Source of the DNA: the human T2T-CHM13v2.0 reference genome, Homo sapiens
Length of the DNA: 64,000 bases
Direction: 5' to 3' (one strand)
Assembly (NCBI RefSeq): GCF_009914755.1
Contig: NC_060929.1
Under the pieces are notes generated by a model. That model was given only the letters and a program-made list of their open reading frames with translations, had not been told where the DNA came from and did not search any database. Position numbers and translations under genes: made by a program. Position 1 is the first letter of the stretch. Each line of letters begins with the position of its first letter. Below are positions 11,653 through 26,800 of the stretch, piece after piece.

Positions 11653-14600
11653 GAATTCCCAGTAACTTCCTTGTGTTGTGTACATTGAACTCACAGAGTT
11701 GAACGTTCCCTTAGACAGAGCAGATTTGAAACACTCTTTTTGTGCAATTGGCAAGTGGAGATTTCAAGCGCTTTAAGGTCAATGGCAGAAAAGGAAATAT
11801 CTTCGTTTCAAAACTAGACAGAATCATTCCCACAAACTGCGTTGTGATGTGTTCGTTCATCTCACAGAGTTTAACCTTTCTTTTCGTAGAGCAGTTAGGA
11901 AACAGTCTGTTTGTAAATTCTGTAAGTGGATATTCTGACATCTTGTGGCCTTCGTTGGAAACGGGATTTCTTCATATTCTGCTAGACAGAAGAATTCTCA
12001 GAATCTTCCTTGTGTTGTGTGTATTCAACTCACACAGTTGAACGATTGTTTACACAGAGCAGATTTGTAACACTCTTTCTGTGGAATTTGCAAGTGGAGA
12101 TTTCAGCCGCTTTGAGGTCCATGGTAGAAAAGGAAATATCTTCGTATAACAACTAGACAGAATGATTCTCAGAAACTTCTTTGTGATGTGTGCGTTCAAC
12201 TCACAGAGTTTAACCTTTCTTTTCATGGAGCAGTTAGGAAACACTCTGTTTGTAAACTCTGCAAGTGGATATTCAGACCTCTTTGAGGCCTTCGTTGGAA
12301 ACGGGATTTCTTCATACTGTGCTAGACAGAAGAATTCTCAGTAACTTCCTTGTGTTGTGTGTATTCAACTCACAGAGTTGAACGATCCTTTACACAGAGC
12401 GGACTTGAAACACTCTTTTTGTGGAATTTGCAAGTGGAGATTTCAGCCGCTTTGAGGTCAATGGTAGAAAAGGAAATATCTTCGTATAAAAACTAGACAG
12501 AATGATTCTCAGAAACTCCTTTGTGATGTGTGTGTTCAACTCACAGAGTTTAACATTTCTTTTCATAGAGCAGTTAGGAAACACTCTGTTTGTAAAGTCT
12601 GCAAGTGGATATTCAGACCTCTTTGAGGCCTTCGTTGGAAACGGGTTTTTTTCATATAAGGCTAGACAGAAGAATTCCCAGTAACTTCCTTGTGTTGTGT
12701 GTGTTCAACTCACAGAGTTGAACTTTCATTTACACAGAGCAGATTTGAAACACTCTTTTTGTGGAATTTGCAAGTGGAGATTTCAAGCGCTTTGAGGCCA
12801 AAGGCAGAAAAGGAAATATCTTCGTATAAAAACTAGACAGAATCATTCTCAGAAACTGCTCTGCGATGTGTGCGTTCAACTCTCAGAGTTTAACTTTTCT
12901 TTTCATTCAGCAGTTTGGAAACACTCTGTTTGTAAAGTCTGCACGTGGATAATTTGACCACTTAGAGGCCTTCGTTGGAAACGGGTTTTTTTCATGTAAG
13001 GCTAGACAGAAGAATTCTCAGTAACTTCCTTGTGTTGTGTGTATTCAACTCACAGAGTTGAACGATCCTTTACACAGAGCAGACTTGTAACACTCTTTTT
13101 GTGGAATTTGCAAGTGGAGATTTCAGCCGCTTTGAAGTCAAAGGTAGAAAAGGAAATATCTTCCTATAAAAACTAGACAGAATGATTCTCAGAAACTCCT
13201 TTGTGATGTGTGCGTTCAACTCACAGAGTTTAACCTTTCTTTTCATAGAGCAGTTAGGAAACACTCTGCTTGTAAAGTCTGCAAGTGGATATTCAGCCCT
13301 CTTTGAGGCCTTCGTTGGAAACGGGTTTTTTTCATATAAGGCTAGACAGAAGAATTCCCAGTAACTTCTTTGTGTTGTGTGTGTTCAACTCACAGAGTTG
13401 AACTTTGATTTACACAGAGCAGATTTGAAACACTCTTTTTGTGGAATTTGCAAGTGGAGATTTCAAGCGCTTTGAGGCCAAAGGCAGAAAAGGAAATATC
13501 TTCGTATAAAAACTAGACAGAATCATTCTCAGAAACTGCTCTGCGATGTGTGCGTTCAACTCTCAGAGTTTAACTTTTCTTTTCATTCAGCAGTTTGGAA
13601 ACACTCTGTTTGTAAAGTCTGCACGTGGATATTTTGACCACTTAGAGGCCTTCGTTGGAAACGGGTTTTTTTCCTGTAAGGCTAGACAGAAGAATTCCCA
13701 GTAACTTCCTTGTGTTGTGTACATTCAACTCACAGAGTTGAACGTTCCCTTAGACAGAGCAGATTTGAAACACTCTTTTTGTGCAATTGGCAAGTGGAGA
13801 TTTCAAGCGCTTTGAGGTCAATGGCAGAAAAGGAAATATCTTCGTTTCAAAACTAGACAGAATCATTCCCACAAACTGCGTTGTGATGTGTTCGTTCATC
13901 TCACAGAGTTTAACCTTTCTTTTCGTAGAGCAGTTAGGAAACAGTCTGTTTGTAAATTCTGTAAGTGGATATTCTGACATCTTGTGGCCTTCGTTGGAAA
14001 CGGGATTTCTTCATATTCTGCTAGACAGAAGAATTCTCAGAATCTTCCTTGTGTTGTGTGTATTCAACTCACAGAGTTGAACGATGGTTTACACAGAGCA
14101 GATTTGAAACACTCTTTTTGTGGAATTTGCAAGTGGAGATTTCAGCCGCTTTGAGGTCAATGGTAGAAAAGGAAATATCTTCGTATAAAAACTAGACAGA
14201 ATGATTCTCAGAAACTTCTTTGTGATGTGTGCGTTCAACTCACAGAGTTTAACCTTTCTTTTCATAGAGCAGTTATGAAACACTCTGTTTGTAAACTCTG
14301 CAAGTGGATATTCAGACCTCTTTGAGGCCTTCGTTGGAAACGGGATTTCTTCATACTGTGCTAGACAGAAGAATTCTCAGTAACTTCCTTGTGTTGTGTG
14401 TATTCAACTCACAGAGTTGAACGATCCTTTACACAGAGCAGACTTGAAACACTCTTTTTGTGGAATTTGCAAGTGGAGATTTCAGCCGCTTTGAGGTCAA
14501 TGGTAGAAAAGGAAATATCTTCGTATAAAAACTAGACAGAATGATTCTCAGAAACTCCTTTGTGATTTGTGTGTTCAATTCACAGAGTTTAACATTTCTT

Positions 14601-15730
14601 TTCATAGAGCAGTTAGGAAACACTCTGTTTGTAAAGTCTGCAAGTGGATATTCAGACCTCTTTGAGGCCTTCGTTGGAAACGGGTTTTTTTAATATAAGG
14701 CTAGACAGAAGAATTCCCAGTAACTTCCTTGTGTTGTGTGTGTTCAACTCACAGAGTTGAACTTTCATTTACACAGAGCAGATTTGAAACACTCTTTTTG
14801 TGGAATTTGCAAGTGGAGATTTCAAGCGCTTTCAGGCCAAAGGCAGAAAAGGAAATATCTTCGTATAAAAACTAGACAGAATCATTCTCAGAAACTGCTC
14901 TGCGATGTGTGCGTTCAACTCTCAGAGTTTAACTTTTCTTTTCATTCAGCAGTTTGGAAACACTCTGTTTGTAAAGTCTGCACGTGGATAATTTGACCAC
15001 TTAGAGGCCTTCGTTGGAAACGGGTTTTTTTCATGTAAGGCTAGACAGAAGAATTCTCAGTAACTTCCTTGTGTTGTGTGTATTCAACTCACAGAGTTGA
15101 ACGATCCTTTACACAGAGCAGACTTGTAACACTCTTTTTGTGGAATTTGCAAGTGGAGATTTCAGCCGCTTTGAAGTCAAAGGTAGAAAAGGAAATATCT
15201 TCCTATAAAAACTAGACAGAATGATTCTCAGAAACTCCTTTGTGATGTGTGCGTTCAACTCACAGAGTTTAACCTTTCTTTTCATAGAGCAGTTAGGAAA
15301 CACTCTGTTTGTAAAGTCTCCAAGTGGATATTCAGACCTCTTTGAGGCCTTCGTTGGAAACGGGTTTTTTTCATATAAGGCTAGACAGAAGAATTCCCAG
15401 TAACTTCCTTGTGTTGTGTGTGTTCAACTCACAGAGTTGAACTTTGATTTACACAGAGCAGATTTGAAACACTCTTTTTGTGGAATTTGCAAGTGGAGAT
15501 TTCAAGCGCTTTGAGGCCAAAGGCAGAAAAGGAAATATCTTCGTATAAAAACTAGACAGAATCATTCTCAGAAACTGCTCTGCGATGTGTGCGTTCAACT
15601 CTCAGAGTTTAACTTTTCTTTTCATTCAGCAGTTTGGAAACACTCTGTTTGTAAAGTCTGCACGTGGATATTTTGACCACTTAGAGGCCTTCGTTGGAAA
15701 CGGGTTTTTTTCCTGTAAGGCTAGACAGAA
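11653..15730 (+). repeat. Two 12-mer HORs (2039 bp each; R-S-T-Q-P-Q')
   Basis: Marker ORFs at 11711, 13750, 15789. Confidence 0.92.
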
Positions 15731-18700
15731 GAATTCCCAGTAACTTCCTTGTGTTGTGTACATTCAACTCACAGAGTTGAACGTTCCCTTAGACAGAGCA
15801 GATTTGAAACACTCCTTTTGTGCAATTGGCAAGTGGAGATTTCAAGCGCTTTAAGGTCAATGGCAGAAAAGGAAATATCTTCGTTTCAAAACTAGACAGA
15901 ATCATTCCCACAAACTGCGTTGTGATGTGTTCGTTCATCTCACAGAGTTTAACCTTTCTTTTCGTAGAGCAGTTAGGAAACAGTCTGTTTGTAAATTCTG
16001 TAAGTGGATATTCTGACATCTTGTGGCCTTCGTTGGAAACGGGATTTCTTCATATTCTGCTAGACAGAAGAATTCTCAGAATCTTCCTTGTGTTGTGTGT
16101 ATTCAACTCACACAGTTGAACGACTGTTTACACAGAGCAGATGTGAAACACTCTTTTTGTGGAATTTGCAAGTGGAGATTTCAGCCGCTTTGAGGTCAAT
16201 GGTAGAAAAGGAAATATCTTCGTATAAAAACTAGACAGAATGATTCTCAGAAACTTCTTTGTGATGTGTGCGTTCAACTCACAGAGTTTAACCTTTCTTT
16301 TCATAGAGCAGTTAGGAAACACTCTGTTTGTAAACTCTGCAAGTGGATATTCAGACCTCTTTGAGGCCTTCGTTGGAAACGGGATTTCTTCATACTGTGC
16401 TAGACAGAAGAATTCTCAGTAACTTCCTTGTGTTGTGTGTATTCAACTCACAGAGTTGAACGATCCTTTACACAGAGCAGACTTGAAACACTCTTTTTGT
16501 GGAATTTGCAAGTGGAGATTTCAGCCGCGTTGGGGTCAATCGTAGAAAAGGAAATATCTTCGTATAAAAACTAGACAGAATGATTCTCAGAAACTCCTTT
16601 GTGATGTGTGTGTTCAACTCACAGAGTTTAACATTTCTTTTCATAGAGCAGTTAGGAAACACTCTGTTTGTAAAGTCTGCAAGTGGATATTCAGACCTCT
16701 TTGAGGCCTTCGTTGGAAACGGGTTTTTTTCATATAAGGCTAGACAGAAGAATTCCCAGTAACTTCCTTGTGTTGTGTGTGTTCAACTCACAGAGTTGAA
16801 CTTTCATTTACACAGAGCAGATTTGAAACACTCTTTTTGTGGAATTTGCAAATGGAGATTTCAAGCGCTTTGAGGCCAAAGGCAGAAAAGGAAATATCTT
16901 CGTATAAAAACTAGACAGAATCATTCTCAGAAACTGCTCTGCGATGTGTGCGTTCAACTCTCAGAGTTTAACTTTGCTTTTCATTCAGCAGTTTGGAAAC
17001 ACTCTGTTTGTAAAGTCTGCACGTGGATAATTAGACCACTTAGAGGCCTTCGTTGGAAACGGGTTTTTTTCATGTAAGGCTAGACAGAAGAATTCTCAGT
17101 AACTTCCTTGTGTTGTGTGTATTCAACTCACACAGTTGAACGATCCTTTACACAGAGCAGACTTGTAACACTCTTTTTGTGGAATTTGCAAGTGGAGATT
17201 TCAGCCGCTTTGAAGTCAAAGGTAGAAAAGGAAATATCTTCCTATAAAAACTAGACAGAATGATTCTCAGAAACTCCTTTGTGATGTGTGCTTTCAACTC
17301 ACAGAGTTTAACCTTTCTTTTCATAGAGCAGTTAGGAAACACTCTGTTTGTAAAGTCTGCAAGTGGATATTCAGACCTCTTTGAGGCCTTCGTTAGAAAC
17401 GGGTTTTTTTCATATAAGGCTAGACAGAAGAATTCCCAGTAACTTCCTTGTGTTGTGTGTGTTCAACTCACAGAGTTGAACTTTCATTTACACAGAGCAG
17501 ATTTGAAACACTCTTTTTGTGGAATTTGCAAATGGAGATTTCAAGCGCTTTCAGGCCAAAGGCAGAAAAGGAAATATCTTCGTATAAAAACTAGACAGAA
17601 TCATTCTCAGAAACTGCTCTGTGATGTGTGCGTTCAACTCTCAGAGTTTAACTTTGCTTTTCATTCAGCAGTTTGGAAACACTCTGTTTGTAAAGTCTGC
17701 ACGTGGATAATTTGACCACTTAGAGGCCTTCGTTGGAAACGGGTTTTTTTCATGTAAGGCTAGACAGAAGAATTCTCAGTAACTTCCTTGTGTTGTGTGT
17801 ATTCAACTCACACAGTTGAACGATCCTTTACACAGAGCAGACTTGTAACACTCTTTTTGTGGAATTTGCAAGTGGAGATTTCAGCCGCTTTGAAGTCAAA
17901 GGTAGAAAAGGAAATATCTTCCTATAAAAACTAGACAGAATGATTCTCAGAAACTCCTTTGTGATGTGTGCGTTCAACTCACAGAGTTTAACCTTTCTTT
18001 TCATAGAGCAGTTAGGAAACACTCTGTTTGTAAAGTCTCCAAGTGGATATTCAGACCTCTTTGAGGCCTTCGTTGGAAACGGGTTTTTTTCATATAAGGC
18101 TAGACAGAAGAATTCCCAGTAACTTCCTTGTGTTGTGTGTGTTCAACTCACAGAGTTGAACTTTGATTTACACAGAGCAGATTTGAAACACTCTTTTTGT
18201 GGAATTTGCAAGTGGAGATTTCAAGCGCTTTGAGGCCAAAGGCAGAAAAGGAAATATCTTCGTATAAAAACTAGACAGAATCATTCTCAGAAACTGCTCT
18301 GCGATGTGTGCGTTCAACTCTCAGAGTTTAACTTTTCTTCTCATTCAGCAGTTTGGAAACACTCTGTTTGTAAAGTCTGCACGTGGATAATTTGACCACT
18401 TAGAGGCCTTCGTTGGAAACGGGTTTTTTTCATGTAAGGCTAGACAGAAGAATTCTCAGTAACTTCCTTGTGTTGTGTGTATTCAACTCACAGAGTTGAA
18501 CGATCCTTTACACAGAGCAGACTTGTAACACTCTTTTTGTGGAATTTGCAAGTGGAGATTTCAGCCGCTTTGAAGTCAAAGGTAGAAAAGGAAATATCTT
18601 CCTATAAAAACTAGACAGAATGATTCTCAGAAACTCCTTTGTGATGTGTGTGTTCAACTCACAGAGTTTAACCTTTCTTTTCATAGAGCAGTTAGGAATC

Positions 18701-19809
18701 ACTCTGTTTGTAAAGTCTGCAAGTGGATATTCAGACCTCTTTGAGGCCTTCGTTGGAAACGGGTTTTTTTCATATAAGGCTAGACAGAAGAATTCCCAGT
18801 AACTTCCTTGTGTTGTGTGTGTTCAACTCACAGAGTTGAACTTTCATTTACACAGAGCAGATTTGAAACACTCTTTTTGTGGAATTTGCAAATGGAGATT
18901 TCAAGCGCTTTGAGGCCAAAGGCAGAAAAGGAAATATCTTTCTATAAAAACTAGACAGAATCATTCTCAGAAACTGCTCTGCGATGTGTGCGTTCAACTC
19001 TCAGAGTTTAACTTTTCTTTTCATTCAGCAGTTTGGAAACACTCTGTTTGTAAAGTCTGCACGTGGATAATTTGACCACTTAGAGGCCTTCGTTGGAAAC
19101 GGGTTTTTTTCATGTAAGGCTAGACAGAAGAATTCTCAGTAACTTCCTTGTGTTGTGTGTATTCAACTCACAGAGTTGAACGATCCTTTACACAGAGCAG
19201 ACTTGTAACACTCTTTTTGTGGAATTTCCAAGTGGAGATTTCAGCCGCTTTGAAGTCAAAGGTAGAAAAGGAAATATCTTCCTATAAAAACTAGACAGAA
19301 TGATTCTCAGAAACTCCTTTGTGATGTGTGCGTTCAACTCACAGAGTTTAACCTTTCTTTTCATAGAGCAGTTAGGAAACACTCTGTTTGTAAAGTCTCC
19401 AAGTGGATATTCAGACCTCTTTGAGGCCTTCATTGGAAACGGGTTTTATTCATATAAGGCTAGACAGAAGAATTCCCAGTAACTTCCTTGTGTTGTGTGT
19501 GTTCAACTCACAGAGTTGAACTTTGATTTACACAGAGCAGATTTGAAACACTCTTTTTGTGGAATTTGCAAGTGGAAATTTCAAGCGCTTTGAGGCCAAA
19601 GGCAGAAAAGGAAATATCTTCGTATAAAAACTAGACAGAATCATTCTCACAAACTGCTCTGCGATGTGTGCGTTCAACTCTCAGAGTTTAACTTTTCTTT
19701 TCATTCAGCAGTTTGGAAACACTCTGTTTGTAAAGTCTGCACGTGGATATTTTGACCACTTAGAGGCCTTCGTTGGAAACGGGTTTTTTTCCTGTAAGGC
19801 TAGACAGAA
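15731..19809 (+). repeat. 24-mer HOR variant (4079 bp), near-identical to 7574-11652
   Basis: Marker spacing 15789 to 19868; shares private SNPs at offset 8157. Confidence 0.9.
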
Positions 19810-22800
19810 GAATTCCCAGTAACTTCCTTGTGTTGTGTACATTGAACTCACAGAGTTGAACGTTCCCTTAGACAGAGCAGATTTGAAACACTCTTTTTGT
19901 GCAATTGGCAAGTGGAGATTTCAAGCGCTTTAAGGTCAATGGCAGAAAAGGAAATATCTTCGTTTCAAAACTAGACAGAATCATTCCCACAAACTGCGTT
20001 GTGATGTGTTCGTTCATCTCACAGAGTTTAACCTTTCTTTTCGTAGAGCAGTTAGGAAACAGTCTGTTTGTAAATTCTGTAAGTGGATATTCTGACATCT
20101 TGTGGCCTTCGTTGGAAACGGGATTTCTTCATATTCTGCTAGACAGAAGAATTCTCAGAATCTTCCTTGTGTTGTGTGTATTCAACTCACACAGTTGAAC
20201 GATTGTTTACACAGAGCAGATTTGAAACACTCTTTCTGTGGAATTTGCAAGTGGAGATTTCAGCCGCTTTGAGGTCCATGGTAGAAAAGGAAATATCTTC
20301 GTATAACAACTAGACAGAATGATTCTCAGAAACTTCTTTGTGATGTGTGCGTTCAACTCACAGAGTTTAACCTTTCTTTTCATGGAGCAGTTAGGAAACA
20401 CTCTGTTTGTAAACTCTGCAAGTGGATATTCAGACCTCTTTGAGGCCTTCGTTGGAAACGGGATTTCTTCATACTGTGCTAGACAGAAGAATTCTCAGTA
20501 ACTTCCTTGTGTTGTGTGTATTCAACTCACAGAGTTGAACGATCCTTTACACAGAGCGGACTTGAAACACTCTTTTTGTGGAATTTGCAAGTGGAGATTT
20601 CAGCCGCTTTGAGGTCAATGGTAGAAAAGGAAATATCTTCGTATAAAAACTAGACAGAATGATTCTCAGAAACTCCTTTGTGATGTGTGTGTTCAACTCA
20701 CAGAGTTTAACATTTCTTTTCATAGAGCAGTTAGGAAACACTCTGTTTGTAAAGTCTGCAAGTGGATATTCAGACCTCTTTGAGGCCTTCGTTGGAAACG
20801 GGTTTTTTTCATATAAGGCTAGACAGAAGAATTCCCAGTAACTTCCTTGTGTTGTGTGTGTTCAACTCACAGAGTTGAACTTTCATTTACACAGAGCAGA
20901 TTTGAAACACTCTTTTTGTGGAATTTGCAAGTGGAGATTTCAAGCGCTTTGAGGCCAAAGGCAGAAAAGGAAATATCTTCGTATAAAAACTAGACAGAAT
21001 CATTCTCAGAAACTGCTCTGCGATGTGTGCGTTCAACTCTCAGAGTTTAACTTTTCTTTTCATTCAGCAGTTTGGAAACACTCTGTTTGTAAAGTCTGCA
21101 CGTGGATAATTTGACCACTTAGAGGCCTTCGTTGGAAACGGGTTTTTTTCATGTAAGGCTAGACAGAAGAATTCTCAGTAACTTCCTTGTGTTGTGTGTA
21201 TTCAACTCACAGAGTTGAACGATCCTTTACACAGAGCAGACTTGTAACACTCTTTTTGTGGAATTTGCAAGTGGAGATTTCAGCCGCTTTGAAGTCAAAG
21301 GTAGAAAAGGAAATATCTTCCTATAAAAACTAGACAGAATGATTCTCAGAAACTCCTTTGTGATGTGTGCGTTCAACTCACAGAGTTTAACCTTTCTTTT
21401 CATAGAGCAGTTAGGAAACACTCTGCTTGTAAAGTCTGCAAGTGGATATTCAGCCCTCTTTGAGGCCTTCGTTGGAAACGGGTTTTTTTCATATAAGGCT
21501 AGACAGAAGAATTCCCAGTAACTTCTTTGTGTTGTGTGTGTTCAACTCACAGAGTTGAACTTTGATTTACACAGAGCAGATTTGAAACACTCTTTTTGTG
21601 GAATTTGCAAGTGGAGATTTCAAGCGCTTTGAGGCCAAAGGCAGAAAAGGAAATATCTTCGTATAAAAACTAGACAGAATCATTCTCAGAAACTGCTCTG
21701 CGATGTGTGCGTTCAACTCTCAGAGTTTAACTTTTCTTTTCATTCAGCAGTTTGGAAACACTCTGTTTGTAAAGTCTGCACGTGGATATTTTGACCACTT
21801 AGAGGCCTTCGTTGGAAACGGGTTTTTTTCCTGTAAGGCTAGACAGAAGAATTCCCAGTAACTTCCTTGTGTTGTGTACATTCAACTCACAGAGTTGAAC
21901 GTTCCCTTAGACAGAGCAGATTTGAAACACTCTTTTTGTGCAATTGGCAAGTGGAGATTTCAAGCGCTTTGAGGTCAATGGCAGAAAAGGAAATATCTTC
22001 GTTTCAAAACTAGACAGAATCATTCCCACAAACTGCGTTGTGATGTGTTCGTTCATCTCACAGAGTTTAACCTTTCTTTTCGTAGAGCAGTTAGGAAACA
22101 GTCTGTTTCTAAATTCTGTAAGTGGATATTCTGACATCTTGTGGCCTTCGTTGGAAACGGGATTTCTTCATATTCTGCTAGACAGAAGAATTCTCAGAAT
22201 CTTCCTTGTGTTGTGTGTATTCAACTCACAGAGTTGAACGATGGTTTACACAGAGCAGATTTGAAACACTCTTTTTGTGGAATTTGCAAGTGGAGATTTC
22301 AGCCGCTTTGAGGTCAATGGTAGAAAAGGAAATATCTTCGTATAAAAACTAGACAGAATGATTCTCAGAAACTTCTTTGTGATGTGTGCGTTCAACTCAC
22401 AGAGTTTAACCTTTCTTTTCATAGAGCAGTTATGAAACACTCTGTTTGTAAACTCTGCAAGTGGATATTCAGACCTCTTTGAGGCCTTCGTTGGAAACGG
22501 GATTTCTTCATACTGTGCTAGACAGAAGAATTCTCAGTAACTTCCTTGTGTTGTGTGTATTCAACTCACAGAGTTGAACGATCCTTTACACAGAGCAGAC
22601 TTGAAACACTCTTTTTGTGGAATTTGCAAGTGGAGATTTCAGCCGCTTTGAGGTCAATGGTAGAAAAGGAAATATCTTCGTATAAAAACTAGACAGAATG
22701 ATTCTCAGAAACTCCTTTGTGATTTGTGTGTTCAATTCACAGAGTTTAACATTTCTTTTCATAGAGCAGTTAGGAAACACTCTGTTTGTAAAGTCTGCAA

Positions 22801-23887
22801 GTGGATATTCAGACCTCTTTGAGGCCTTCGTTGGAAACGGGTTTTTTTAATATAAGGCTAGACAGAAGAATTCCCAGTAACTTCCTTGTGTTGTGTGTGT
22901 TCAACTCACAGAGTTGAACTTTCATTTACACAGAGCAGATTTGAAACACTCTTTTTGTGGAATTTGCAAGTGGAGATTTCAAGCGCTTTCAGGCCAAAGG
23001 CAGAAAAGGAAATATCTTCGTATAAAAACTAGACAGAATCATTCTCAGAAACTGCTCTGCGATGTGTGCGTTCAACTCTCAGAGTTTAACTTTTCTTTTC
23101 ATTCAGCAGTTTGGAAACACTCTGTTTGTAAAGTCTGCACGTGGATAATTTGACCACTTAGAGGCCTTCGTTGGAAACGGGTTTTTTTCATGTAAGGCTA
23201 GACAGAAGAATTCTCAGTAACTTCCTTGTGTTGTGTGTATTCAACTCACAGAGTTGAACGATCCTTTACACAGAGCAGACTTGTAACACTCTTTTTGTGG
23301 AATTTGCAAGTGGAGATTTCAGCCGCTTTGAAGTCAAAGGTAGAAAAGGAAATATCTTCCTATAAAAACTAGACAGAATGATTCTCAGAAACTCCTTTGT
23401 GATGTGTGCGTTCAACTCACAGAGTTTAACCTTTCTTTTCATAGAGCAGTTAGGAAACACTCTGCTTGTAAAGTCTGCAAGTGGATATTCAGCCCTCTTT
23501 GAGGCCTTCGTTGGAAACGGGTTTTTTTCATATAAGGCTAGACAGAAGAATTCCCAGTAACTTCCTTGTGTTGTGTGTGTTCAACTCACAGAGTTGAACT
23601 TTGATTTACACAGAGCAGATTTGAAACACTCTTTTTGTGGAATTTGCAAGTGGAGATTTCAAGCGCTTTGAGGCCAAAGGCAGAAAAGGAAATATCTTCG
23701 TATAAAAACTAGACAGAATCATTCTCAGAAACTGCTCTGCGATGTGTGCGTTCAACTCTCAGAGTTTAACTTTTCTTTTCATTCAGCAGTTTGGAAACAC
23801 TCTGTTTGTAAAGTCTGCACGTGGATATTTTGACCACTTAGAGGCCTTCGTTGGAAACGGGTTTTTTTCCTGTAAGGCTAGACAGAA
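19810..23887 (+). repeat. Two 12-mer HORs
   Basis: Marker ORFs at 19868, 21907, 23946. Confidence 0.92.
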
Positions 23888-26800
23888 GATTTCCCAGTAA
23901 ATTCCTTGTGTTGTGTACATTCAACTCACAGAGTTGAACGTTCCCTTAGACAGAGCAGATTTGAAACACTCTTTTTGTGCAATTGGCAAGTGGAGATTTC
24001 AAGCGCTTTAAGGTCAATGGCAGAAAAGGAAATATCTTCGTTTCAAAACTAGACAGAATCATTCCCACAAACTGCGTTGTGATTTGTTCGTTCATCTCAC
24101 AGAGTTTAACCTTTCTTTTCATAGAGCAGTTAGGAAACAGTCTGTTTGTAAATTCTGTAAGTGGATATTCTGACATCTTGTGGCCTTCGTTGGAAACGGG
24201 ATTTCTTCATATTCTGCTAGACAGAAGAATTCTCAGAATCTTCCTTGTGTTGTGTGTATTCAACTCACAGAGTTGAACGATGGTTTACACAGAGCAGATT
24301 TGAAACACTCTTTTTGTGGAATTTGCAAGTGGAGATTTCAGCCGCTTTGAGGTCAATGGTAGAAAAGGAAATATCTTCGTATAAAAACTAGACAGAATGA
24401 TTCTCAGAAACTTCTTTGTGATGTGTGCGTTCAACTCACAGAGTTTAACCTTTCTTTTCATAGAGCAGTTATGAAACACTCTGTTTGTAAACTCTGCAAG
24501 TGGATATTCAGACCTCTTTGAGGCCTTCGTTGGAAACGGGATTTCTTCATACTGTGCTAGACAGAAGAATTCTCAGTAACTTCCTTGTGTTGTGTGTATT
24601 CAACTCACAGAGTTGAACGATCCTTTACACAGAGCAGACTTGAAACACTCTTTTTGTGGAATTTGCAAGTGGAGATTTCAGCCGCGTTGAGGTCAATGGT
24701 AGAAAAGGAAATATCTTCGTATAAAAACTAGACAGAATGATTCTCAGAAACTCCTTTGTGATTTGTGTGTTCAACCCACAGAGTTTAACATTTCTTTTCA
24801 TAGAGCAGTTAGGAAACACTCTGTTTGTAAAGTCTGCAAGTGGATATTCAGACCTCTTTGAGGCCTTCGTTGGAAACGGGTTTTTTTCATATAAGGCTAG
24901 ACAGAAGAATTCCCAGTAACTTCCTTGTGTTGTGTGTGTTCAACTCACAGAGTTGAACTTTCATTTACACAGAGCAGATTTGAAACACTCTTTTTGTGGA
25001 ATTTGCAAATGGAGATTTCAAGCGCTTTGAGGCCAAAGGCAGAAAAGGAAATATCTTCGTATAAAAACTAGACAGAATCATTCTCAAAAACTGCTCTGCG
25101 ATGTGTGCGTTCAACTCTCAGAGTTTCACTTTTCTTTTCATTCAGCAGTTTGGAAACACTCTGTTTGTAAAGTCTGCACGTGGATAATTTGACCACTTAG
25201 AGGCTTTGGTTGGAAACGGGTTTTTTTCATGTAAGGCTAGACAGAAGAATTCTCAGTAACTTCCTTGTGTTGTGTGTATTCAACTCACAGAGTTGAACGA
25301 TCCTTTACACAGAGCAGACTTGTAACACTCTTTTTGTGGAATTTGCAAGTGGAGATTTCAGCCGCTTTGAAGTCAAAGGTAGAAAAGGAAATATCTTCCT
25401 ATAAAAACTAGACAGAATGATTCTCAGAAACTCCTTTGTGATGTGTGCGTTCAACTCACAGAGTTTAACCTTTCTTTTCATAGAGCAGTTAGGAAACACT
25501 CTGTTTGTAAAGTCTCCAAGTGGATATTCAGACCTCTTTGAGGCCTTCGTTGGAAACGGGTTTTTTTCATATAAGGCTAGACAGAAGAATTCCCAGTAAC
25601 TTCCTTGTGTTGTGTGTGTTCAACTCACAGAGTTGAACTTTGATTTACACAGAGCAGATTTGAAACACTCTTTTTGTGGAATTTGCAAGTGGAGATTTCA
25701 AGCGCTTTGAGGCCAAAGGCAGAAAAGGAAATATCTTCGTATAAAAACTAGACAGAATCATTCTCAGAAACTGCTCTGCGATGTGTGCGTTCAACTCTCA
25801 GAGTTTAACTTTTCTTCTCATTCAGCAGTTTGGAAACACTCTGTTTGTAAAGTCTGCACGTGGATAATTTGACCACTTAGAGGCCTTCGTTGGAAACGGG
25901 TTTTTTTCATGTAAGGCTAGACAGAAGAATTCTCAGTAACTTCCTTGTGTTGTGTGTATTCAACTCACAGAGTTGAACGATCCTTTACACAGAGCAGACT
26001 TGTAACACTCTTTTTGTGGAATTTGCAAGTGGAGATTTCAGCCGCTTTGAAGTCAAAGGTAGAAAAGGAAATATCTTCCTATAAAAACTAGACAGAATGA
26101 TTCTCAGAAACTCCTTTGTGATGTGTGTGTTCAACTCACAGAGTTTAACCTTTCTTTTCATAGAGCAGTTAGGAATCACTCTGTTTGTAAAGTCTGCAAG
26201 TGGATATTCAGACCTCTTTGAGGCCTTCGTTGGAAACGGGTTTTTTTCATATAAGGCTAGACAGAAGAATTCCCAGTAACTTCCTTGTGTTGTGTGTGTT
26301 CAACTCACAGAGTTGAACTTTCATTTACACAGAGCAGATTTGAAACACTCTTTTTGTGGAATTTGCAAATGGAGATTTCAAGCGCTTTGAGGCCAAAGGC
26401 AGAAAAGGAAATATCTTTGTATAAAAACTAGACAGAATCATTCTCAGAAACTGCTCTGCGATGTGTGCGTTCAACTCTCAGAGTTTAACTTTGCTTTTCA
26501 TTCAGCAGTTTGGAAACACTCTGTTTGTAAAGTCTGCACGTGGATAATTTGACCACTTAGAGGCCTTCGTTGGAAACGGGTTTTTTTCATGTAAGGCTAG
26601 ACAGAAGAATTCTCAGTAACTTCCTTGTGTTGTGTGTATTCAACTCACAGAGTTGAACGATCCTTTACACAGAGCAGACTTGTAACACTCTTTTTGTGGA
26701 ATTTCCAAGTGGAGATTTCAGCCGCTTTGAAGTCAAAGGTAGAAAAGGAAATATCTTCCTATAAAAACTAGACAGAATGATTCTCAGAAACTCCTTTGTG

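Noticed and set aside
17388-17404. Variant box CTTCGTTAGAAACGGG
   Set aside because: The change is at a non-core position and the 9 essential bases remain, so I did not count it as disrupted.
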